Origin: Bacteroidales bacterium
Lineage (GTDB): Bacteria; Bacteroidota; Bacteroidia; Bacteroidales; WCHB1-69
Direction: 5' to 3'
DNA: 40,786 nt
Assembly: GCA_024400775.1 (NCBI GenBank)
Contig: JAKSMF010000003.1
Span: 1-40,786, forward strand
Positions within the stretch are counted from its first letter, which is position 1; every line of letters starts with the position of its first letter. The notes beneath the pieces are model-generated. The model did no database searches and was not told where the DNA came from. It saw only the letters and a program-made list of their open reading frames with translations. Below, piece after piece: positions 1-8,014 of the stretch. The position numbers were made by a program, and so were the translations under genes.

Positions 1-248
1 TGCAATGTACTGATGTTGATAGCATTGTATTCAACACGGTTGATGTTTTTGAAACCGCGCTTCGGCAGGATTCTGTAGATAGGCATCTGGCCACCTTCGA
101 AACCGATCTTACGGCTGTAACCAGAACGTGATTGTGCACCTTTGTGACCACGGGTGGAGGTACCGCCCTTGCCGGAACCTTGGCCACGGCCTACTCGTTT
201 ACTACCTTTCGTTGAATTCTGTGCGGGGGTCAAACTATGTAAATTCAT
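1..248 (-). CDS. rplO: 50S ribosomal protein L15, 5' part (runs off window start)
   Basis: Not in the ORF track. Manual translation from ATG at 248: [71 protein letters not shown], which has the L15 RVGRG.GSG.G.T..RGHKG and GFEGGQMP motifs. Confidence 0.98.
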   Translation of the reverse strand, partial: MNLHSLTPAQNSTKGSKRVGRGQGSGKGGTSTRGHKGAQSRSGYSRKIGFEGGQMPIYRILPKRGFKNINRVEYNAINISTL

Positions 249-279
249 ATCTCTTCTTCTCTAAAAGTTTATTAATCAA

Positions 280-459
280 TTAAATTTCTTCTACGGTTAC
301 CAAATGTTTTACCGTGTCAACAATTCCCAGGATCTGGGGTGTGGCATCATGTTCAACGCTCTGATGCATTTTTTTCAATCCTAATGCCTGAAGAGATCTC
401 TTTTGACGCTGTGAACGGTCAATGGAACTCTTAACCTGTGTGATTCTTAGCTTTTTCAT
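280..459 (-). CDS. rpmD: 50S ribosomal protein L30 (59 aa)
   Basis: Not in the ORF track (too short). Manual translation: MKKLRITQVKSSIDRSQRQKRSLQALGLKKMHQSVEHDATPQILGIVDTVKHLVTVEEI*. It lies directly upstream of rplO as in the spc operon. Confidence 0.97.
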   Translation of the reverse strand: MKKLRITQVKSSIDRSQRQKRSLQALGLKKMHQSVEHDATPQILGIVDTVKHLVTVEEI

Positions 460-650
460 CTACTTTTTGATATTAAGTTATTAATAATTTTTCGTTTGTT
501 CGGCAATTTTCGGAGTTTTTTCAAGCTCATTCCGCATTCTTCCCTCGCCCCATCGCAACCTTACACAATATATAACTCGTTGTAAAACAACTTGTTACAA
601 CAGAATCAGACCCAATCGGCTCTTCCTCTTGCCTTGCTTTTTCAAGCGTG

Positions 651-658
651 CAAATATA
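651..658 (-). promoter_or_regulatory. Bacteroidota sigma-70 -7 box (TATATTTG) upstream of rpmD
   Basis: CAAATATA on + reads TATATTTG(CAC) on -, matching the TAnnTTTG consensus, about 190 nt upstream of the rpmD ATG. Confidence 0.7.
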
Positions 659-784
659 CAAATATTTTCGTTCGATACGTTTTATGGCTGATTTTTTCTC
701 AAAAAATCACTTTTTTATCGTTTTTTGACACCAAATCACCCCGATTTGATGTTTATCAACAAATTTCATTTCCATTTTTCCGCA

Positions 785-1237
785 TCAACGCTTCGTCCCC
801 GTAAACGTCGTACGAGCAATGGCATCACCATCCTCATTATAATAAAGCACAAAAATCGTCATGTTCATGGAATAAAATTTAACTTCCATCGTAAAACGAA
901 CTATGTCCTGCGGGTAGTCCAATACAGCCACTCCGCACAACTTACGAAGGCTCTCCAGTTGCTCGTGTGTCGGCGCGTCATTGGAATATACGTAGGCCTC
1001 TTTCGTGCGCGACAACTCAAAGCCACCCTCCATCACTAAATTTTCCATATTGCTATGACTTTGAGTGACAGTGACTTCCTTTACTGTGTCCAACGTCGTA
1101 TTGGTTGAATACAACAAAGTGGTAAAGCCCCCATTGTACGGGCCGGCATACGCCTCCGCCTGTTTTTCATACTTGCTTTCCTTACAACCACAAAACAATG
1201 CTGCCGTCAGGCACATCACGAACAAAATCTTCTTCAT
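785..1237 (-). CDS. Hypothetical lipoprotein (150 aa)
   Basis: Start reassigned to ATG at 1237: MKKILFVMCLTAALFCGC is a signal peptide II with lipobox. A -7 box lies just upstream at 1256-1263. Confidence 0.8.
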   Translation of the reverse strand: MKKILFVMCLTAALFCGCKESKYEKQAEAYAGPYNGGFTTLLYSTNTTLDTVKEVTVTQSHSNMENLVMEGGFELSRTKEAYVYSNDAPTHEQLESLRKLCGVAVLDYPQDIVRFTMEVKFYSMNMTIFVLYYNEDGDAIARTTFTGTKR

Positions 1238-1254
1238 ATCGTTTTTTTTAGGCG

Positions 1255-1285
1255 GCAAAAATACAATTAAATATTGTATTTTTGC
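1255..1285. promoter_or_regulatory. Palindromic back-to-back divergent promoter (two TATTTTTG boxes)
   Basis: GCAAAAATACAAT-taaat-ATTGTATTTTTGC is a perfect 13-bp inverted repeat. Each arm contains TAnnTTTG pointing at the flanking gene. Confidence 0.7.
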
Positions 1286-1299
1286 ATTCTGATAAAAAA

Positions 1300-2151
1300 A
1301 TGAAGACATCCCGTATGAAAGAAAATTTCCACACCCACTGTACCTACTGCGACGGCAAAGAACCGATAGAAAATTTTATAAAAAAAGCCGACGAACTTGG
1401 TTACGACCAGCTCGGTTTCTCCTCCCACTCCCCCGTCCCCTTCAAAAACGACTTCAGCATTCTGGAAGAAAATATACCGAATTACGTTCGGGAAATCGAA
1501 AATTTCAAGCCGGACTTTCCTCATCTTCAATTATTTAAAGGATTAGAATGCGACTTTATTCCCGGCATGACCAAACCTTTCAAATACTTTCAGGACACGT
1601 ACGGACTCGACTTCCTTATCGGAGGAATCCACCTCGTCCGCCCCGAGAACGACGACCGAATCTGGTTCATCGACGGCCCCAAACGTGAAATCTATGACCA
1701 CGGACTGGAACAACTTTTCGGCGGCAACATCCGCAAAGCCGTCACCCGTTTTTGGGAGCAATCTTTCGAAATGATTGAAACACAATCATTTGACATTATC
1801 GCGCATTTTGACAAAATAAAAATGCACAACCAAAACCGCTATTTCACGGAAGATGAAGATTGGTACGTGAAACTGGCCGACCACTGCATCGAACTCATTC
1901 GCCAAAAGAAACTAATCGTGGAAATCAACACGCGCGGCATCTACAAAGGCCGCTGTCCCGACTTCTACCCTTCCGACCATCTTCTTCAACAAATTTCGAA
2001 ATACAACATTCCGATGGTCATCAGCACCGACGCACACCAATCGGAAGAGTTGGCACTTTGTCACGACGACGCCATCGCCAAGCTGAAAGATTTCGGTATT
2101 AAATATATAATGTATATAAAAGACAAACAATGGGAAGAATTTGCCATTTAA
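1300..2151 (+). CDS. PHP-family histidinol-phosphatase (HisJ family)
   Basis: NFHTHCTYCDG, GFSSHSP, GLECDF, IGGIH, IIAHFD, VEINTRG and STDAH are PHP metal-binding motifs. Likely start is ATG 1300 (alternative 1315). Confidence 0.88.
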   Translation: MKTSRMKENFHTHCTYCDGKEPIENFIKKADELGYDQLGFSSHSPVPFKNDFSILEENIPNYVREIENFKPDFPHLQLFKGLECDFIPGMTKPFKYFQDTYGLDFLIGGIHLVRPENDDRIWFIDGPKREIYDHGLEQLFGGNIRKAVTRFWEQSFEMIETQSFDIIAHFDKIKMHNQNRYFTEDEDWYVKLADHCIELIRQKKLIVEINTRGIYKGRCPDFYPSDHLLQQISKYNIPMVISTDAHQSEELALCHDDAIAKLKDFGIKYIMYIKDKQWEEFAI

Positions 2152-3446
2152 TTACACTGATTATTTGCCTCTGTGCTTTATTCCCGACCACCGGTAGCGC
2201 ACAAGACTCCAACTTCGTCCGCAAAAGCATCGCGATCCTCTCCTCCCCTGAGCTATGGGGGCGCGGCGGTCCGCACGGCGGCGAGCTGAAGGCGGCGCAA
2301 TACATCCGCACCCAGCTGACGGAGGCCGGCGCCAAGCCACTGACCGAAGACGGATTCCAGCATTATGAATTTGCGGCACACAAAATGGAAGGTCAGGTTG
2401 CGTGCTCATTGAACGGGAAACTCCTCAGTCCTTTCTGGGATTACCGCATTGCGCCTTACGCCCACACCACCCACATCAAAGATGCACCAGTGGTGCGCGT
2501 GGATGCCTCTACACTTCTTAATGCCAAGAAACTATTGAAATTCTGCGACCGCAACGCACCACTCATCCGCAACGGTTTCCTTTACATTGATGCTGTCAGT
2601 TGGCGCAACAAGAAAGTCACCGACAAAGAGGTCAAAGAGTTGATTCAGGGACTGATGTTCAACAATCCATTCCAGTCGAAAGGCATTTTAATCGGTGTGG
2701 ATGAATTGCCGATTTGGGGGTTGAACTATACCGACGAAGAACGGAATTATGCCTTCATTTATGTAAAACGCAGCATTTTGACGAAGGACATGCAGACGAT
2801 TTCGGTAGATTTCGATAACACGTTTTACACCAAGAAGACGCAGAACGTCTGCTTCAAAATCGAAGGCACGCAACATCCGGATTCCATGATTGTGCTAACA
2901 GCGCACTACGATCATTTGGGCTGCATGGGCGATTCCGTCATCTTCCCGGGGGCGCACGACAATGGCTCCGGCACCAGCGCCGTCATTGACTTCGCACGCC
3001 ACTTCGCAAAAAATCCGCCGGCATATACCACTGTTTTTCTGCTTTTTAGCGGCGAGGAAAGCGGTCTGCGCGGCTCTCGCTACTTCGTGGAAAACACACT
3101 CATCGATTTGAATAAGGTAAAACTAGTCATCAACCTCGATATGTTCTGCGGCGGCGAAGAGGGATTTACCGTCGTCAACTACAACAGCGAAGGAACGCAG
3201 TCATTTTACGACAACTTAGTGAAAATCAACGAAGAACAACACTTGGTGGCGAAAGTGAATCCGCGCGTGAACACCGCCAACAGCGACCACTACTTTTTCT
3301 CACAACACTGCCCGGCAATCTTCATCTACACCATGGGCGGACGTTACGGCGGCTACCATCATTTCACCGACACGTGCGAAAACTGCGGTCTTGAATGCTA
3401 CAATAACATCTTCTCGCTGCTGTTACAAGCGATAAGAAAACTGTAG
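2130..3446 (+). CDS. M28 family (amino)peptidase, exported
   Basis: Signal peptide, then LSSPELWGRG, TAHYDHLG, GAHDNGSG, SGEESGL, NLDM, SDH and YHHFTD zinc-ligand motifs. Overlaps the upstream gene by 22 nt. Confidence 0.92.
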   Translation: MGRICHLITLIICLCALFPTTGSAQDSNFVRKSIAILSSPELWGRGGPHGGELKAAQYIRTQLTEAGAKPLTEDGFQHYEFAAHKMEGQVACSLNGKLLSPFWDYRIAPYAHTTHIKDAPVVRVDASTLLNAKKLLKFCDRNAPLIRNGFLYIDAVSWRNKKVTDKEVKELIQGLMFNNPFQSKGILIGVDELPIWGLNYTDEERNYAFIYVKRSILTKDMQTISVDFDNTFYTKKTQNVCFKIEGTQHPDSMIVLTAHYDHLGCMGDSVIFPGAHDNGSGTSAVIDFARHFAKNPPAYTTVFLLFSGEESGLRGSRYFVENTLIDLNKVKLVINLDMFCGGEEGFTVVNYNSEGTQSFYDNLVKINEEQHLVAKVNPRVNTANSDHYFFSQHCPAIFIYTMGGRYGGYHHFTDTCENCGLECYNNIFSLLLQAIRKL

Positions 3447-3536
3447 AAATCCGAGGTAAAGTGGCTTAAAATGATGGGATTGGGGAAGTTGATCGGCAGC
3501 GTTTTACTGCCAAACACCCGCCATTTCCACACAACT

Positions 3537-4496
3537 CTAATCTTCGGGGAAGAATGAATCGACAAATTCGGCACGGTTGAAAACCTGCAGTTGGTCGATC
3601 TTTTCACCCACGCCGATATATTTTACCGGAATCTTGAATTGATCGGAAATACCGATGACGACACCGCCCTTGGCAGTTCCATCCAACTTGGTAATTGCCA
3701 ATGCGTTAACTTCTGTAGCTGCGGTAAACTGCTTGGCCTGTTCGATTGCGTTCTGACCAGTGGAACCGTCCAGCACAAGCAGCACCTCGTCGGGCGTGCC
3801 AGGCAGCAGTTTCCCTGTAACGTTCTTGATTTTCGTCAGCTCGCGCATCAGGTTGGACTTGTTATGCAGACGACCGGCGGTATCGATGATAACGACGTTG
3901 CATTGTTTGGCGACGGCGGACTTAACGGTGTCAAAGGCGACGGCGGCGGGATCGGCGCCCATAGGCTGTACGACGATGGGCACGCCGGCGCGCTCAGCCC
4001 ATACTTCCAACTGATCGACGGCAGCGGCGCGGAAGGTATCGGCGGCACCCAACATAACGGAGTAACCCTTTTTCTTGAACTGGTAAGCCAGTTTACCGAT
4101 GGTGGTGGTTTTGCCAGCGCCATTCACACCAACTACCATAATGACATACGGGCGGCCCAAATCCGCCGGAATGGAGAAATCCGACTGACTTTCCTGATTG
4201 TTTTCCATCAACAAGCCAGCAATTTCTTCACGCAAAATGGCCTGTAACTGACCAGTTCCCAGATATTTATCGCGGGAAACGCGTGCCTCGATGCGCTCAA
4301 TAATCTTCAGCGTGGTTTCAACTCCCACATCGGAAGTCACCAACACCTCCTCCAAGTTGTCCAGCACTTCATCATCCACCTTGGACTTACCAATCACAGT
4401 CTTAGCGAGTTTCGCAAAAAAACTCTCTTTTGACTTTTCAAGTCCCTTGTTCAGTTCTTCTTTCTTTTCTTTGGAAAAAATTGAGAAAAAGCCCAT
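3537..4496 (-). CDS. ftsY: Signal recognition particle receptor FtsY
   Basis: GVNGAGKTTTIGKLA, AADTFRAAA, DTAGRLH and TKLDGTAKGG motifs. Bacteroidota-type N-terminus MGFFSIFSKEKKE puts the start at 4496. Confidence 0.97.
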   Translation of the reverse strand: MGFFSIFSKEKKEELNKGLEKSKESFFAKLAKTVIGKSKVDDEVLDNLEEVLVTSDVGVETTLKIIERIEARVSRDKYLGTGQLQAILREEIAGLLMENNQESQSDFSIPADLGRPYVIMVVGVNGAGKTTTIGKLAYQFKKKGYSVMLGAADTFRAAAVDQLEVWAERAGVPIVVQPMGADPAAVAFDTVKSAVAKQCNVVIIDTAGRLHNKSNLMRELTKIKNVTGKLLPGTPDEVLLVLDGSTGQNAIEQAKQFTAATEVNALAITKLDGTAKGGVVIGISDQFKIPVKYIGVGEKIDQLQVFNRAEFVDSFFPED

Positions 4497-4520
4497 AACG
4501 CCATTATTAGAATTTGGCTG

Positions 4521-4528
4521 CAAAGATA
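4521..4528 (-). promoter_or_regulatory. -7 box (TATCTTTG) for ftsY
   Basis: CAAAGATA on +, about 25 nt upstream of the ftsY ATG. Confidence 0.65.
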
Positions 4529-4621
4529 CAAAACAAAGCGCAATTCACAATGCATATTTATCATTTATATAAACAATTATTTTTTAAAGGAGAAAAGCGG
4601 CCACAAATCAAAAAAATTTCT

Positions 4622-4629
4622 TACTTTTG
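4622..4629 (+). promoter_or_regulatory. -7 box (TACTTTTG) for the lipoprotein-buk unit
   Basis: TACTTTTGCA about 40 nt upstream of ATG 4668. Confidence 0.65.
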
Positions 4630-4667
4630 CAATCTGAAAGAAAAGTAACAACACAAATAAAAAAATT

Positions 4668-5063
4668 ATGAAAAAATCCGTTATTACCCTGTTTGTGGGT
4701 TTCTTGCTGATTTTGGGTGCTGGCTGCAGCAAATTTGATCCAGCTACCGTCGAAGCTTCCGTAACTCCCATTCCTGCAGGCAATTCATACATCATGGATT
4801 GCAAAGGGACCATTTCCGACAATGGCGGCTGCAAATACTTCAATGAAGTAGGCTTCTTGTTTAGTCTCGTCCCCGAGCCGACATACAAAGCCGACGAAGT
4901 CACCACGATCAAGGCTGAAGACCACGATGGTGAAAGCACCACCTTCGGCATCACTTACAATGCTCCGATATTGGATACCGTTTATTATGTACGCGCATAC
5001 GTTTGCACCAATGCGGGCACGGGCTATAGCGAAACCAAAATCGTTTCCACCTATTCAGAATAA
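4668..5063 (+). CDS. Small lipoprotein with a fibronectin type III-like module
   Basis: Lipobox LILGAGC. C-terminal DTVYYVRAYVCTNAGTGYS resembles the T.YYVRAYA.N..G..Y motif of Bacteroidota FN3-like modules. Confidence 0.7.
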   Translation: MKKSVITLFVGFLLILGAGCSKFDPATVEASVTPIPAGNSYIMDCKGTISDNGGCKYFNEVGFLFSLVPEPTYKADEVTTIKAEDHDGESTTFGITYNAPILDTVYYVRAYVCTNAGTGYSETKIVSTYSE

Positions 5064-5089
5064 TTAATCACAAAACACAAATAAACGTA

Positions 5090-6163
5090 ATGAGAAAGTA
5101 CATCCTCGCCATCAACCCTGGCGCAACATCAACGAAGATTTCCGTTTTTGAAGGAGAAAACAACGTTTTCACCAAAAACATCAAGCACAGTGTGGAAGAT
5201 CTTTCCCAGTTTCCCACCATTGCAGACCAATACGACTACAGAAAGAAGTTCGTCTTGGATGAATTGAAAGAACAGAACATCGCACTCGAAGACATCGCTA
5301 TCGTGATGGGTCGTGGCGGCCTCATCAAACCCTTAACCTCTGGTGCTTATCGCGTCAACGAACTGATGAAGAAGCACTTGATGGAAGGTTATAACGGCGT
5401 TCACGCCTGCAACCTCGGCGGCCTTATCGCCGACAGCGTCGCCAAAATGATCGGTTTGGAATGCGCATACATCGCCGACCCCGTCATCGTTGACGAAATG
5501 GACGATATCGCACGCATCTCCGGCCACAAGGATTTCGAACGCCTCTCTATTTTCCACGCTTTGAACCAAAAGGCCATCGCAAGAACTTATGCTAAGGATT
5601 GTGGTAAAAAATACGAAGACCTCAACCTCATCGTTGCCCACATGGGTGGCGGTATCAGCGTGGGCGCTCACCGCAAAGGCCGCGTTGTCGATGTCAACCA
5701 GGCACTCGAAGGCGAAGGCCCGTTCTCTCCCGAACGCTCCGGAACCCTCCCGATGGACCAAGTCATCAAAGCTTGCTATAGCGGGAAATACACCTACGAA
5801 GAAATGCGCAAAGTCATCGTCGGCAAAGGCGGTTTGGTTTCCTATCTCGGCACCAACGACGCTTACGAAGTTGAAAAACGCGCACTTGCCGGCGACAAAT
5901 ACGCAGACCTTATCGAACGCGCCATGGCTTACCAAATCGGCAAACAAATCGCTGGTAACGCCGCCGTCCTCGAAGGCAAAGTCGATGCCATCCTTCTCAC
6001 CGGCGGTATCGCTTTCGGAAAACCAATCGTCGGACACATCAAACGCCACGTAGAATGGATCGCTCCCGTCGCCGTTTACCCCGGCGAAGACGAAATGGCT
6101 TCCATGGCCATGAATGCCCGAATGATCCTCGACGGCACCATCATTGCCAAAGATTACGAATAA
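5090..6163 (+). CDS. buk: Butyrate kinase (acetate/butyrate kinase family)
   Basis: ILAINPGATSTK, GRGGL, HACNLGG, IFHALNQKA, VAHMGGGISV, EGPFSPERSG, LTGGIA and YPGEDEM; 357 aa. Confidence 0.95.
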   Translation: MRKYILAINPGATSTKISVFEGENNVFTKNIKHSVEDLSQFPTIADQYDYRKKFVLDELKEQNIALEDIAIVMGRGGLIKPLTSGAYRVNELMKKHLMEGYNGVHACNLGGLIADSVAKMIGLECAYIADPVIVDEMDDIARISGHKDFERLSIFHALNQKAIARTYAKDCGKKYEDLNLIVAHMGGGISVGAHRKGRVVDVNQALEGEGPFSPERSGTLPMDQVIKACYSGKYTYEEMRKVIVGKGGLVSYLGTNDAYEVEKRALAGDKYADLIERAMAYQIGKQIAGNAAVLEGKVDAILLTGGIAFGKPIVGHIKRHVEWIAPVAVYPGEDEMASMAMNARMILDGTIIAKDYE

Positions 6164-6182
6164 TCTATTGATAATCAACATT

Positions 6183-6222
6183 GAGGAATTAAGAATGTAG
6201 CCATTCTTAGTTCCTCTTTTTT
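6183..6222 (+). terminator. Rho-independent terminator after buk
   Basis: GAGGAATTAAGAATG-tagc-CATTCTTAGTTCCTC (one G-U pair) followed by a T6 run. Confidence 0.8.
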
Positions 6223-6245
6223 ATTTTACAAAAACAACATTCAAC

Positions 6246-7130
6246 ATGCATATAGCTCTTTATAGCCGACAAACCGATGACAACGGCATGGACTTCATCC
6301 GTTCCGTTCTCTTTTTTTTGAAAGAAAAAAACAATGTCTTGTCCGTGTATAAACCGCTATACGACATGCTTGACGACAAAACCAAATCGCTGTTAGACAG
6401 CACATTTCAAAACTTACACGACTTAAAAACGCAATCCACCGACTTTCTGTTCTCCATCGGCGGCGACGGCACCTTCATTGATGCCGCCAACCTTGTCGGT
6501 GACTCCCAGATTCCGATTCTGGGCATCAACACTGGCCGCATCGGTTTTCTGACCAACGTCAACAGGAAGAATTTCCAACAAGCATTTGATTTTTTGCAAA
6601 ACGATGACTTTCAACTCGAAAACCGCATGGTTTTGCAGATTAAGACCAACGACGGCTCAGAAATCGGCATCCATTTTGCCCTGAATGACATCTCCATTCA
6701 CCCTTCGGGAGAATCCATCAACGAAATCAAAGTTTGGGCCAACGACGAAAAAGTGAACACCTATTGGGGCGACGGACTGATCGTAGCGACGCCCACCGGT
6801 TCGACGGCATACTCGCTCAGTTGCGGCGGCCCAATTCTCGTTCCTTCCGCCGACGTCATCGTGCTCACCCCCATCGCATCTCATAGTCTGACGGTGCGCC
6901 CCATCGTGCTGCCCGCCGACAACACACTGAAAATCAAGGTCGAAAGCCGCACACGAAAATTCATCCTCTCCATCGACTCACATCGCGTTGTCGTCAACGA
7001 CAGCGCCACACTCACACTCACCCGCGCCGGCTACACGATTCCTACCGTGCGATTGCCCAATGCCGACTTCTACTCCGTCATCCAAGAAAAACTGCTGTGG
7101 GGACTGGACAAACGAAACGGGGAGAGCTGA
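6246..7130 (+). CDS. nadK: NAD kinase
   Basis: GGDGTF, GINTGRIGFL, ALND and DGLIVATPTGSTAYSLSCGGP signature. Confidence 0.96.
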   Translation: MHIALYSRQTDDNGMDFIRSVLFFLKEKNNVLSVYKPLYDMLDDKTKSLLDSTFQNLHDLKTQSTDFLFSIGGDGTFIDAANLVGDSQIPILGINTGRIGFLTNVNRKNFQQAFDFLQNDDFQLENRMVLQIKTNDGSEIGIHFALNDISIHPSGESINEIKVWANDEKVNTYWGDGLIVATPTGSTAYSLSCGGPILVPSADVIVLTPIASHSLTVRPIVLPADNTLKIKVESRTRKFILSIDSHRVVVNDSATLTLTRAGYTIPTVRLPNADFYSVIQEKLLWGLDKRNGES

Positions 7131-7200
7131 AAACTGAGAACTGAGAGATGAGAGGTTTTAAATTGAAAATTGAAAATTGAAAGTTGAAAGTTGAAAATTA
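7127..7200 (+). repeat. Period-7 tandem repeats: CTGAAAA/CTGAGAA/CTGAGAG/ATGAGAG then (TTGAAA[A/G])x5
   Basis: Read directly. TTGAAAA x2, TTGAAAG x2, TTGAAAA at 7163-7197. The array begins on the nadK stop codon. Confidence 0.9.
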
Positions 7201-7281
7201 TATAAACGAGAAGCAGTAGGTAGGAAGCAGGATGCCATTCGCGGAAATCTGCGAAATTCGCGGTTATAAATAAATATTATT

Positions 7282-8004
7282 ATGAATAACGAAAAGAAAA
7301 ACCACACGGGAAAACCGAAATACGAAAGCGCGGGCACAGACAAGCGCGAATATAAAACGGGCAGCAGCAATCGCAGTAATGCCGCACGCCGCATATCCAG
7401 CAAACCGAAGGAAAAACCGCAGCCGACATTGCGGAAATCGCCAAAACGCCAGCTCAAACCCGGCAACATGCTCAACCCCGTTCCAGTAGTTATGGTAAGC
7501 TGTGGCAACACCCCCGACGACTACAACATCCTGACCGTCGCTTGGTGCGGCACACTCTGCAGCGATCCCGCACTGTGCTATATCTCAGTCCGTCCCGAAC
7601 GCCACTCCCACCCCATCATCAAAGAAAATCAGGAGTTCGTTATCAACTTGGTATCCAGCGAATTGGCGGAACGTACCGACTGGTGTGGTGTCCGATCGGG
7701 CAAAAAATTCAACAAATTCCTTGAAACCGACCTCACCCCTATACGTGGCAACGTCGTCAAAGCCCCGATGATTTACGAAAGCCCCGTCAACTTGGAATGC
7801 GTGGTCAAACAAGTCATTCCATTGGGCTCTCACGACATGTTTATCGCAGAGATTGTTGCCGTCCATGCCGCCGAATATCTTTTTGATAAAAAAACGGGCG
7901 AAATGCACCTCGAACGCGCCGACCTCGTGGCGTACTCTAACGGTCACTATTTCAGTCTGGGAAAAATATTGGGCAAATTCGGATTTTCGGTACAGAAAAA
8001 ATAA
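7282..8004 (+). CDS. Flavin reductase-like (flavoredoxin/DIM6-NTAB) protein
   Basis: MLNPVPVVMVSC, NILTVAWCG, ISVRPERHSH, EFVINL, DWCGVRSG, ESPVNLEC, LGSHDMFIAEI and GKFGFSV. Has a ~55-aa basic N-terminal extension, so the start is uncertain. Confidence 0.9.
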   Translation: MNNEKKNHTGKPKYESAGTDKREYKTGSSNRSNAARRISSKPKEKPQPTLRKSPKRQLKPGNMLNPVPVVMVSCGNTPDDYNILTVAWCGTLCSDPALCYISVRPERHSHPIIKENQEFVINLVSSELAERTDWCGVRSGKKFNKFLETDLTPIRGNVVKAPMIYESPVNLECVVKQVIPLGSHDMFIAEIVAVHAAEYLFDKKTGEMHLERADLVAYSNGHYFSLGKILGKFGFSVQKK

Positions 8005-8014
8005 AACGAAAAGT

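Noticed and set aside
592-1039. Short + strand ORFs at 592-804 and 725-1039
   Set aside because: TTG starts, overlap with promoter DNA or the opposite-strand lipoprotein, and no protein-like features.
7158-7511. 117-aa minus-strand ORF ending NFQLSTFNFQFSI
   Set aside because: Its C-terminus is just the translated TTGAAAA repeat, and the rest is antisense to the flavin reductase gene.
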